DNA of 64,000 nt from Flavobacteriales bacterium. GTDB lineage: Bacteria > Bacteroidota > Bacteroidia > Flavobacteriales > Flavobacteriaceae. How positions within the stretch are numbered: position 1 is the stretch's first letter; each line of letters begins with the position of its first letter. This document shows, piece by piece, positions 8,437-17,700 of this stretch. Position numbers and translations under genes: made by a program. The stretch covers positions 15,429-79,428 of the forward strand of contig JAFLBT010000001.1 of NCBI GenBank assembly GCA_017302935.1. The letters run 5' to 3'. The notes under the pieces are model-generated. The model worked only from the letters and a program-made list of their open reading frames with translations. It was not told the origin of the DNA and made no database searches.

Positions 8437-11400
8437 ATGAAAAAAATTCTACTATTATTTTTTGTTTTAACTTGTTTTATGTCAACTGCTCAAGTTGGTA
8501 TTGGTACAACTACACCCGGTGCCACTTTTGATGTGACAGCAACTAATCCAACCGGTCCGTCTACTAATGTAGATGGAATTTTGATTCCTAGAATCTCAAG
8601 ACAAAGAGCACAAGTGATGACTGGTACTCCCACTTCAACTCTTGTGTACATTGATGATGTGGTTTCAGGAACAGCCTCAGGTACAACAGTTAATGTTACC
8701 TCAGTTGGTTTTTACTTTTTTAATGGAACTATTTGGGAAAGAATTGCCGCCGGAGTGAGTACGGATTGGTCGCTAATTGGTAATAGTGGAACAAATGCAA
8801 CTACAAATTTTCTAGGAACAACTGATGATGTTGATGTAATTTTCAGAAGAAATAATTTAAGAGCCGGAAGACTTGGACTCAACAATACTTCTTTTGGATT
8901 AAACTCATTGAATCCTGCCGCTACTGGGATTAGAAATACTGCCATAGGAGCAAATGTCTTAAATGCTAATACAACCGGAACTTTAAATACCGGTGTAGGA
9001 GAAAACACACTATTTTCAAACACAACAGGAAGTGAAAATGTTGCAATAGGAGTTGGTAATTTATTCTCTAATACTACTGGAAATCAAAATACTTCTCTTG
9101 GTAGAAATGCCATGACAACCAACTCTACCGGAAGTTCAAATACTGCCCTTGGTTATCTTGCATTACGAGCAAATACAACAGGTAATTTCAATACTTCAGT
9201 GGGTAGAGCTTCTTTGCTTGCCAATACAACCGGCATTGAAAATACTAGTGTTGGTGTTAACTCTTTGACCGCTAATACAATTGGAATCAGCAATACTGCA
9301 ATTGGTGTTCAATCCAGTAGAGATAACACAACCGGATCAAACAATACAGCTATCGGTTATCAATCACTTTTCAGTAATTCTACAGGTAGTAACAACGTGG
9401 CAATTGGAAATCAAGCCGGTTTCTCTGAAACCGGAAGTAATCGTTTGTATATTGAAAACTCAAATGCAGATGCCAATAATGCTCTAATTTATGGAGAATT
9501 TACAACCGGATCAAAAGTGTTACGTACAAACAGTCAATTTCAAATCGGTAATCCAACTGTAACCGGGTATTCTTTCCCAACAGTAAGACCTGCCACCGTA
9601 GCTGGGCAAATTCTTCAATACAATGCTTTAGGAGCCTTAAGTTTTCAAGCTCCCTCCGCTGCTTTGAACGGATTTGCATGGTTAACCACCGGAAATTCAG
9701 GAACAGTACCGGCTACTAATTTTATTGGAACAACAGATAATGTGGACTTTCGAGTTAGAACAAACAATGCTGAGCGATTTAATTTTACCAGCAATGGTAG
9801 ATTACGAAGTTTAAACGATGGTGATGCAGCTCAACCCACTTATTCATGGAATGTTGCAACAGGTTTAACTATGGGTATGTACAGAATTGGTGCTAACATC
9901 TTAGGTTTTTCCACTAATTCATTAGAGCGATTGAGAATAAATGCTACTGGTCAAGTGATTGTAAACTCAGCAACTGCCTTTGCTACTTCCACTTTATACA
10001 GTTTAGCTACCGGCAATAATGATGCGATTGACGGAAATGCAGCAGGAACAGGCTCAGCTGTATATGGTCAAAATAGCGGAACAGGTGAAGGAGTATATGG
10101 TTTAACAACAAATGCGAATGGAATTGGCGTTGTTGGAGATAATTTAAGTACCGGAACTGGAGTTTATGGTCAAACTGCAGGAGCTACAGGAGCAGGTGTT
10201 TTTGGTGTAGCAAATGTTGCAAATGGTGTTGGTTCTTATGGAACAAGTAATGGAGCTGGAGGTACAGGTGTTTTTGGAAATACTTCCGGTAATCTTGGTA
10301 ATGGTATTTACGGTCAAGCCACCGGAACAAACGGTACAGGAGTGTATGGTTTTGCCAACAATACCGGTGGTGACGGTGTCATTGGTGAAGCGACTCAAGC
10401 AGGCAGATATGGTGTTTGGGGATTTAACAACAATGCTACCGGAATTGGAGTTTTTGGCAGCACAACGGGTACCAATGCGTTTGGGGTAAGAGGTCAAAGT
10501 TCTACAACCGCAACAGGAGTTATTGGAACCAATAATGGTACTGGTAACGGTGTTTGGGGTGATAACACAGGAACCGGTGTTGGTGTAAGAGGACAAAGTT
10601 TAACTTCGGGAATAGGTGTTTTTGGATTCAATAATGGTGCAGGTAATGGTGTTTTAGGAAGTAATACCGGAACAGGTCGTGGTATAGAAGGTCAAAGTGC
10701 ATCAACCGGTATTGGTGTCTTTGGTTTAAACTCAGGAACCGGTGTGGGTGTGCAAGGACAAAGTGTTACGACAGGGATTGGAGTAATTGGATTCAATACC
10801 GGAGCCGGTGTAGGCGTGCAAGGTCAAAATTCATCTACCGGAACTGCGGTTGTGGGTATAAATACAAGCTTAACCGGAGATGGAATAGTAGGACAAACTC
10901 CGGCAGGTTCTGCAGGTTTTGCTGTTTTTGCTAACGGTGATATGGGTGCGTCAGGTATTAAACCTTTCTATATAGATCATCCAACGGAACCGGCAACCAA
11001 ATACTTACGACACTTTGCTTTAGAATCAAATGAAGTTTTGAATGTTTATCGTGGGAATGTTATTTTGGATGAAAACGGAGAAGCAATTGTAACATTACCA
11101 AATTATTTTGAAACCATAAATACAAACTTTTCCTATAATTTAACCGCAATAGGTTCAAAATCTGAAGTGTTCATAAAAGAAGAAATTCAAAACAATCAAT
11201 TCAAAATTGCTGGTGGTTTGCCTAATCAAAAAATATCATGGCAAGTTTATGCAGAACGAAACGACGCATATTTACAACAATTCCCTGAAAAAAGAGCAGT
11301 GGAAATCAATAAAGATGCCAATGATAGTGGTAAATATTTGATGCCTGAATTATTTAATCAACCCAAAGAAAAAGGAATTTATCACCAAAATAATATACAA

Positions 11401-11529
11401 CCGGCACAATCAACAACTGTAAAGCTACAAGAAGAAAACCGATTGGAAGAAAATAAAGAAAAAAATAATAGACAATCCAAAAACGAACCTCAACTTACAG
11501 CTAAAGAAAAAAAAGTTGAACTTGAATAA
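8437..11529 (+). CDS. Large exported Gly/Thr/Asn-rich beta-repeat protein, tail-fibre/adhesin-like
   Basis: Signal peptide, QVGIGTTTP, eleven 17-aa N[TV]xxG repeats, many GVxG repeats, C-terminal FYIDHP..YLRH..ES.E domain. Confidence 0.8.
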   Translation: MKKILLLFFVLTCFMSTAQVGIGTTTPGATFDVTATNPTGPSTNVDGILIPRISRQRAQVMTGTPTSTLVYIDDVVSGTASGTTVNVTSVGFYFFNGTIWERIAAGVSTDWSLIGNSGTNATTNFLGTTDDVDVIFRRNNLRAGRLGLNNTSFGLNSLNPAATGIRNTAIGANVLNANTTGTLNTGVGENTLFSNTTGSENVAIGVGNLFSNTTGNQNTSLGRNAMTTNSTGSSNTALGYLALRANTTGNFNTSVGRASLLANTTGIENTSVGVNSLTANTIGISNTAIGVQSSRDNTTGSNNTAIGYQSLFSNSTGSNNVAIGNQAGFSETGSNRLYIENSNADANNALIYGEFTTGSKVLRTNSQFQIGNPTVTGYSFPTVRPATVAGQILQYNALGALSFQAPSAALNGFAWLTTGNSGTVPATNFIGTTDNVDFRVRTNNAERFNFTSNGRLRSLNDGDAAQPTYSWNVATGLTMGMYRIGANILGFSTNSLERLRINATGQVIVNSATAFATSTLYSLATGNNDAIDGNAAGTGSAVYGQNSGTGEGVYGLTTNANGIGVVGDNLSTGTGVYGQTAGATGAGVFGVANVANGVGSYGTSNGAGGTGVFGNTSGNLGNGIYGQATGTNGTGVYGFANNTGGDGVIGEATQAGRYGVWGFNNNATGIGVFGSTTGTNAFGVRGQSSTTATGVIGTNNGTGNGVWGDNTGTGVGVRGQSLTSGIGVFGFNNGAGNGVLGSNTGTGRGIEGQSASTGIGVFGLNSGTGVGVQGQSVTTGIGVIGFNTGAGVGVQGQNSSTGTAVVGINTSLTGDGIVGQTPAGSAGFAVFANGDMGASGIKPFYIDHPTEPATKYLRHFALESNEVLNVYRGNVILDENGEAIVTLPNYFETINTNFSYNLTAIGSKSEVFIKEEIQNNQFKIAGGLPNQKISWQVYAERNDAYLQQFPEKRAVEINKDANDSGKYLMPELFNQPKEKGIYHQNNIQPAQSTTVKLQEENRLEENKEKNNRQSKNEPQLTAKEKKVELE

Positions 11530-11534
11530 CACTG

Positions 11535-11562
11535 AACCGTCTCACTTGAGGCGGTTTTTTTT
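11535..11562. terminator. Intrinsic terminator between convergent genes
   Basis: AACCGTCTCA-CT-TGAGGCGGTT followed by a T run. Confidence 0.75.
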
Positions 11563-13927
11563 ATTCTACCACCAATTCCACTTTCCGCTTTATCTCTCCT
11601 CCATTTTCATCCACCACTGTAATATAATGAATTCCGGAAGTTGCTTTCAACGGCATATCGTGAAAGTTTTGTGTGATGCCTAAATAGGTATTGTTCACAT
11701 ACCAATACAATTTGATGTTGGGTTGCGAATGGGCTACTTTTAAAACAATCGGCTGTAATTCGCTGTCAAAATTTTTGGTTAAGTAAAGTTTACTGTTCGT
11801 TTTGGGATAAATAAAATCCATAAAAGGCGTTTGATTGTCCTCACAATCCGAACGAAATGGCGGCAACACCCAGTAATCCATGTTTTTACTTTTATAATAC
11901 CATTCCATAACAGGAGGCAACACAAACCATGATTTAGCAACTATTTCGTCGACATTTTCGCAACTGCTGTTCACCCGAAATTGTTCCGTTTTGTCTAAAT
12001 GGATTAGTTTGTGATACGCACATTGTTCCGTTTGTTTGGCTGTAACTGGAATCCATTGCTTGCTTTTCGGACAATTTTCATTGGCTAAATGACCGCTTTT
12101 AGCACAAACATCGGCTTGTTGCATGTTGTTTAATGGCTTTTCAAACCAATTGCTTCTGGGCAATAAATTAAATACGTCAAACAAAATCGGAGCGGCATGA
12201 CTTACACCTGTGAGCAACGGACGACCTTCTCCGGTGGCGTTACCAACCCAAATTCCAACAACATATTTTTTACTCGTTCCAACCGCCCACGCATCCCGAT
12301 TCCCAAAACTCGTCCCGGTTTTCCAAGCGATTGGTAATGACGAATCGTAAAAACGCCACGCTTCATCGCCTTCGGGACGGTTGACTTCTTTCATGGCTTC
12401 ATAGGTTAAATAAATGGAACCTGCTCCTACGATACTTTTTTGATAGGATAATTTTCCGAAATCCACTTTTTTATCCGAATCATAATTCAACTCCGAAAAT
12501 TCATTTTTACGGTATTGAAAATTGTTTTTTGGGTATTGATTCAATGTTCCGGTTAGTCCGGCATACGTTTTACACAAATCCCACAAATTAGTTTCTGCTC
12601 CGCCTAAAATGAGCGACAACCCGTAATGATTCGGATGCCGTTTCATGGTGGTGAAACCGTATTGTTGCAGTTGGTCATAAAACCGATACACACCAAAATC
12701 CTGCAACATCAACACCGACGGAATATTCAACGAACGTGACAAAGCCCGTCTTGCCGGAACCGCTCCATCATACGTCAAGTTAAAATTTTGCGGAGTGTAA
12801 CCCGAAATTTGTGTGGGAATATCGGGAACTAAGGTGTTGGGTAACAATTCGCCTTCATCCAACATTCCTGCAAAAAGCAACGGTTTCAAAATACTTCCCG
12901 AACTTCGCGGTGCCGAAATAACATCTACATCTTTTTGATGGTTTTTGTCGGTGGGAGCATTACCCACATAACCCACAATATTACGGGTTTCGACATCCAC
13001 CACCAAAATGGCCAAGTTGTACACCTCATTTTGTTTGTATTGGTAATAATAATTTTGAGCAATCTGATTCAAGCGTTCTTGCAAGGCAAAATCAATAGTA
13101 GTTTTTACTTTTTGACCTTCTTGTTTTTTAGCTGCTTTTTGTAATAAATGCGGAGCCATTTGCGGTAAGTCAAACGGTTTTTGCGGTAACGGTTCTTGCA
13201 ACGCCATTTCGTATGAAAGTTTATCCAAAACCTTATTCTCATACAATTTTTGCAACAACCGATTGCGTTTTTCAAGTAATCGTTGTTGGTTTTTTCCGGG
13301 ATAAATTAGGCTTGGAGCATTCGGTAAAACGGCTAACGTAGCCGTTTCTGCCCACGATAATTGATGCGATTGCACGCCAAAATACCGCCACGAAGCCATT
13401 TCCAAACCCACAACGTTACTGCCAAACGGAGCGTGAGCCGCATACAATTTTAAGATTTCTTTTTTAGAATGACGCAGTTCTAAGCGAGTAGCCAAAACCA
13501 CTTCAATGACTTTTTCAAAATACGTTCTGTTTTTTCCTTTTCGGGAAAGGCGAATGACTTGTTGGGTTAACGTACTTCCGCCTCGGACGACGCGATTGGC
13601 CTTGCGGTTTTGCCTGAAAGCATTCCACATTGAAATTGGATTAAAACCCGGATGATAATAAAAATGCTGGTCTTCAAAAGCGATGATGCATTGTTGAAAT
13701 TTCTCCGGCACACTATCCGCTGCCGGAAACCGCCATTGTCCATCCCGAGCGATTTTTGCTCCTAATAAATTGCCTTCTTTGCTTTCGATAACGGTGGAAT
13801 ATGGTTCATTAAAAAGCGTTCGTGGCAAACAAAAATAATAGCCAACCAACACCAGCAAAAACAAAATGGATTTGATTTTGTGTTGAAGGATTTTGGTTTT
13901 GGTTTTATGGAGGAGGGGTTTGAGCAC
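11561..13927 (-). CDS. pbpC: Penicillin-binding protein 1C
   Basis: Transglycosylase EDQHF and GGSTLTQQV, transpeptidase SILK and KTGT, BiPBP_C tail. Linked to the alpha-2-macroglobulin gene. Confidence 0.95.
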   Translation of the reverse strand: MLKPLLHKTKTKILQHKIKSILFLLVLVGYYFCLPRTLFNEPYSTVIESKEGNLLGAKIARDGQWRFPAADSVPEKFQQCIIAFEDQHFYYHPGFNPISMWNAFRQNRKANRVVRGGSTLTQQVIRLSRKGKNRTYFEKVIEVVLATRLELRHSKKEILKLYAAHAPFGSNVVGLEMASWRYFGVQSHQLSWAETATLAVLPNAPSLIYPGKNQQRLLEKRNRLLQKLYENKVLDKLSYEMALQEPLPQKPFDLPQMAPHLLQKAAKKQEGQKVKTTIDFALQERLNQIAQNYYYQYKQNEVYNLAILVVDVETRNIVGYVGNAPTDKNHQKDVDVISAPRSSGSILKPLLFAGMLDEGELLPNTLVPDIPTQISGYTPQNFNLTYDGAVPARRALSRSLNIPSVLMLQDFGVYRFYDQLQQYGFTTMKRHPNHYGLSLILGGAETNLWDLCKTYAGLTGTLNQYPKNNFQYRKNEFSELNYDSDKKVDFGKLSYQKSIVGAGSIYLTYEAMKEVNRPEGDEAWRFYDSSLPIAWKTGTSFGNRDAWAVGTSKKYVVGIWVGNATGEGRPLLTGVSHAAPILFDVFNLLPRSNWFEKPLNNMQQADVCAKSGHLANENCPKSKQWIPVTAKQTEQCAYHKLIHLDKTEQFRVNSSCENVDEIVAKSWFVLPPVMEWYYKSKNMDYWVLPPFRSDCEDNQTPFMDFIYPKTNSKLYLTKNFDSELQPIVLKVAHSQPNIKLYWYVNNTYLGITQNFHDMPLKATSGIHYITVVDENGGEIKRKVELVVE

Positions 13928-13936
13928 GGAGATATT

Positions 13937-14566
13937 TTATATTTTTATATACACTTCACCTTTTGAAAATCCATTTTTTTTCACAAATTCTCTAAATTGC
14001 TTTCTAGTTGGTTTTATGACAAAAGTTTTAGAAGAATCTTTTTTGGTTTCTGTTATTTCTTCTAACATTTCAATTTCTTCATTAGTTGAAATATCATTTA
14101 AATTTAATAATCCGTTTTTTAAATGAAGCTTTTTTACGACCCAATTGTTTTCTGAATGTTTTATGTTTAAAAAATAATAGCCTTTCATTTTTTTCAATAC
14201 ATTTTCTTTGTTAATTGAAAAAATGGTGTCTTTAAAAAGGACATTAGTAAATAAAGTATCGTTTAGCTTTTTGACAAAAGTTTTTTCAAATGTTTTTGTA
14301 TTGACCAATGTATCCCCTTTTAAAACCTCAACCTCTGAGAGTACTTTTACATTAAAAGTATCCTTCAAAGTTGATTTTTTAATAATCATTGAGTTCGTAA
14401 TTTCTAAATCAATTTCGTTTTCTGAATCATAGTAATTCCCAATTAACTTATTTGGAAAAAACTTTAGACTTCTAGAATTTTCAGGTTGAGTTTCAGAAAA
14501 TTGAACTAATGGTTCTCTGCAAGAAATCAAAAGTAAAGCGAGTAGTAAAATTGTTAGATTTTTCAT
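13937..14566 (-). CDS. Hypothetical lipoprotein
   Basis: Lipobox LLISC, AT-rich, 209 aa, between A2M and pbpC. Confidence 0.75.
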   Translation of the reverse strand: MKNLTILLLALLLISCREPLVQFSETQPENSRSLKFFPNKLIGNYYDSENEIDLEITNSMIIKKSTLKDTFNVKVLSEVEVLKGDTLVNTKTFEKTFVKKLNDTLFTNVLFKDTIFSINKENVLKKMKGYYFLNIKHSENNWVVKKLHLKNGLLNLNDISTNEEIEMLEEITETKKDSSKTFVIKPTRKQFREFVKKNGFSKGEVYIKI

Positions 14567-14604
14567 TTTTTTATTAAATTTTTAGTTCTTTAAAGCACCT
14601 CCCC

Positions 14605-14744
14605 TAGCCCTGATTGCAGCGAAAAGCCCGCAGCCGTGAACCCGAGTTTTTTTGGTGGTAGGCTGAGCGACCATAGAAGCTCCAGCAAACCGCCTAAAAA
14701 AACCGGGTTCAGGGCGAGGACTTGCAGCGGAAAGCAGGATTAGC
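14605..14744 (+). ncRNA. Structured repeat element, Flavo-1 RNA motif-like
   Basis: TAGCCCTGATTGCAGCGAAAAG ... CTTGCAGCGGAAAGCAGG ends with a long internal hairpin (GAACCCG/CGGGTTC). Similar element at 57793. Confidence 0.55.
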
Positions 14745-14755
14745 TTCTAATGAAA

Positions 14756-17700
14756 CTACTCCTTCACCACTTCCACCCACTGCCCCAAAGTTCGTGCAGC
14801 ATACGTGTTGTCGTACATCGCTTCGGCTTGCATGCCCGGTAAATAGTAACGACCCAAATACGACGCATTCAACAGCACTCGGAACGTTCTGGATTCGTTG
14901 GCTTTGAGACCAAAATAGAAATTGGTGCGGTCGTCGCGAATGTCGATATGGTCGGCTACGTTATTGCCAAAACTGCCAAAATCGGTGAAACGCGTGTTTA
15001 CAATTTCAAATCCGGAGGGTAAAATTTGCGTCAATGCTACGTTTTCCACTCGTTCATTAGTTTGGTTTCGGATGGTGATTTCAGCAATAAACTCGGTTCC
15101 TTGAGTAATTTTGGTTACATTCACCGGTGCTCCGCTTCGGTTTTTGAAAACCAAATTGGTAAACAACTTGCTTTGCATGGCTTTTTCCTGCCCAATCGGC
15201 AAAATACCACTCGTGAGCACCCGCACATACAAGGTGTTGGATTGGGTATTTTTCACCGTAATGGTATTGCTTCCGGTTTTGATTGCTAAGTTTCGATTGG
15301 CCAACGATTTTGAGGTTTTGATGCTCTCCGGTTTTCCATTAACGGAGTAAGTAATCGCTACCCCTTTTCCACCGTTTTGTTGGGCAAATTTAGACATGGC
15401 ATACAAACTATACGCCGTGGTTTGCGTACTCATCCATTGGTTGGAAGCCATGTTTTTAGCCAAATCGGTCGCCATTTTGAACGCACGTTGTTTGTTGCCT
15501 AACAAAATCAAGGTTTCCAATGCCATCGCTTTATTGCGGTCAGACGATCCGTAATAGTAATAATAATTGGGGTTGGAATCATCAATTTTGCTTTGGTTAA
15601 ACACACTTTGAGCCGCTTGTTTTTGTCCCGCCAAGGCATACGCAGCAGCCAAACGCAATTTACTTTCGTTGGAAATTCCGGTGGTTTCTCGCAAACGGTT
15701 CATCGAAGCCATGTCTGGTGAACCTGCGAGTGCTAACGTGTACAAGCGATAGGCTTGAGCAAAATCGTTTCCGTTTTTGGCAAATCGCCATTCTTTGGCT
15801 GTTTTTTGTTGGTATCCTATCCATTTGGCTTTGAAATTCAGTGGCAATACATAGCCTTTTTTCTCTGCTTCAATCAAGAAATGTCCTACGTAGGATGAAC
15901 TCCAATCGTCGGCATAATTTTGTCCGTTCCAATACGAGAATCCGCCATTTGAAATTTGGAAACCGCCTAATTTTTGAATGCCGATTTTGATGTTTTTCTG
16001 AATTTCGTTTTTACGGTTTTGGTCTAAATCGAAAATATCGGCCAAATACAATTGCGGAAACACACTCGACGTGGTTTGCTCCAAACAACCGTGTGGATAC
16101 TGAATCAGATACTGCAATCTTCTGCTAAAATCAATGGTCGGGAAAGACGAAACTTCCAATTGAGCTTTGTTGCTTCCGGCGACACCAAAGGTAGAAACAG
16201 CAATGGTTTTAGAGCTATTGGGTTCTAAAACTACATCGGTAAACTCATTTGTAATCGGGTTTGGATTGGTGATATCCAATTCAACTTCATACGTTGCTTT
16301 TTCATTACCGGATGTGGCAATGATTTGAACTTTTGCCAATCCGGTGGCACTGCCAACTTCCAAATTGAAGTACGCCATTTTTTCATCCGGTTGAGCGAAA
16401 GTCACGTTTTGAGAACTGCTTCCAATGACACGCACACCGTTATTGGTTTTGATTTGTACCGAAACATTTTTCACTTTCGATTCCATGGCAAAAAGCGTTA
16501 CCGGAAGTGTTACTTTTTCGGAAGGTGAAATTTTTCTTGGCAACGAAGCCAACACCATCAATGGTTTTCTAACCGGAGTGGTTTTTTCAGCTGCACCGTA
16601 CGCACTTGAATTTACATCACCGGCCACCACCATTGTACGAACAGAACCCACATAATTGGGCAACTTGATTTGATGTGTTTTACTTTGTCCTTTTTCCAAC
16701 TTGAATGGGCCAAAATACATAACCACCGGTTTAAAACGATTGGCTTTTTTGGCTTTGCTTCCGCCTAAATCTTCGTCACCACCAATGCTGAAAACTTGGT
16801 TAATTCTTCCGCCATACGCTCCAATAACGTCATCAAAAATATCCCAGGTTTTTACGCCTAAGGCTTCACGAGTATAGAAACTGTTCCACGCATTTGGGGT
16901 TTTAAAACGGGTTAAATCCAACAAACCATCATCTACAATCGCCAAGGTATAGGTCATGGCTTTGCCAGATTTTTCGCTTACGCGGATGCTGGTTTTACTC
17001 TCCGGTTGCAACACTTCCGGCATACTTATTTGAGGTTCAAGAATGGTGTTTTTGTCAATCACTTCTATCGGTACAATTCCATACAAACGAATTGGTGAAT
17101 CATTCAAAGTGGACGCGTGGGGTTGCAATAAGGTAATATGCACAAACACATTCGGAGCCATGTCGCCGGTGATTGGAATTTCAACATTGGTTTCACCTTT
17201 TTGGGTGTTGGCCCAAAGTGTTTTTACGACACGCGAACCATTTTCTAACGAAATTAACGCTCTTCCTCCGGCACTCGATGGAAAGGAAATTTTAGCTTTT
17301 TCGCCTACAGAATAATTCTTTTTATCCGTAGAAAACATCAACATCGAAGCGTTAGACGAATCGGTATTTCTAGTTTTTCCGGACCAATACGGCCAATCAA
17401 TCATTACGGTAGAACCGGTGGCATGACCGCCTTCTTCATCCGTTACTCGAATCAAATAGCGACCCCATTCATTTTCTTCGTTTTTGAATTGAAAGCTTGC
17501 TTTTCCAATTGCATTCGTGTTAACGGTAAAATTCTTGAACGCTGTAGTTGAATTAGAGGAAACATAACTGGAAAGATTGTCGTAACTCGCATCCCACCAC
17601 CAACGCCATTCTACTTTATACACTTGTACTTTTAGGTTTTGTACCGCTTTTGGATTTCCTTTTTCATCCACAGTTACAATGTCATAACGGTTCATTTTTC

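Noticed and set aside
8437-11529. Prophage remnant
   Set aside because: The fibre-like gene has a Sec signal peptide, and no capsid, terminase, tail or integrase genes flank it.
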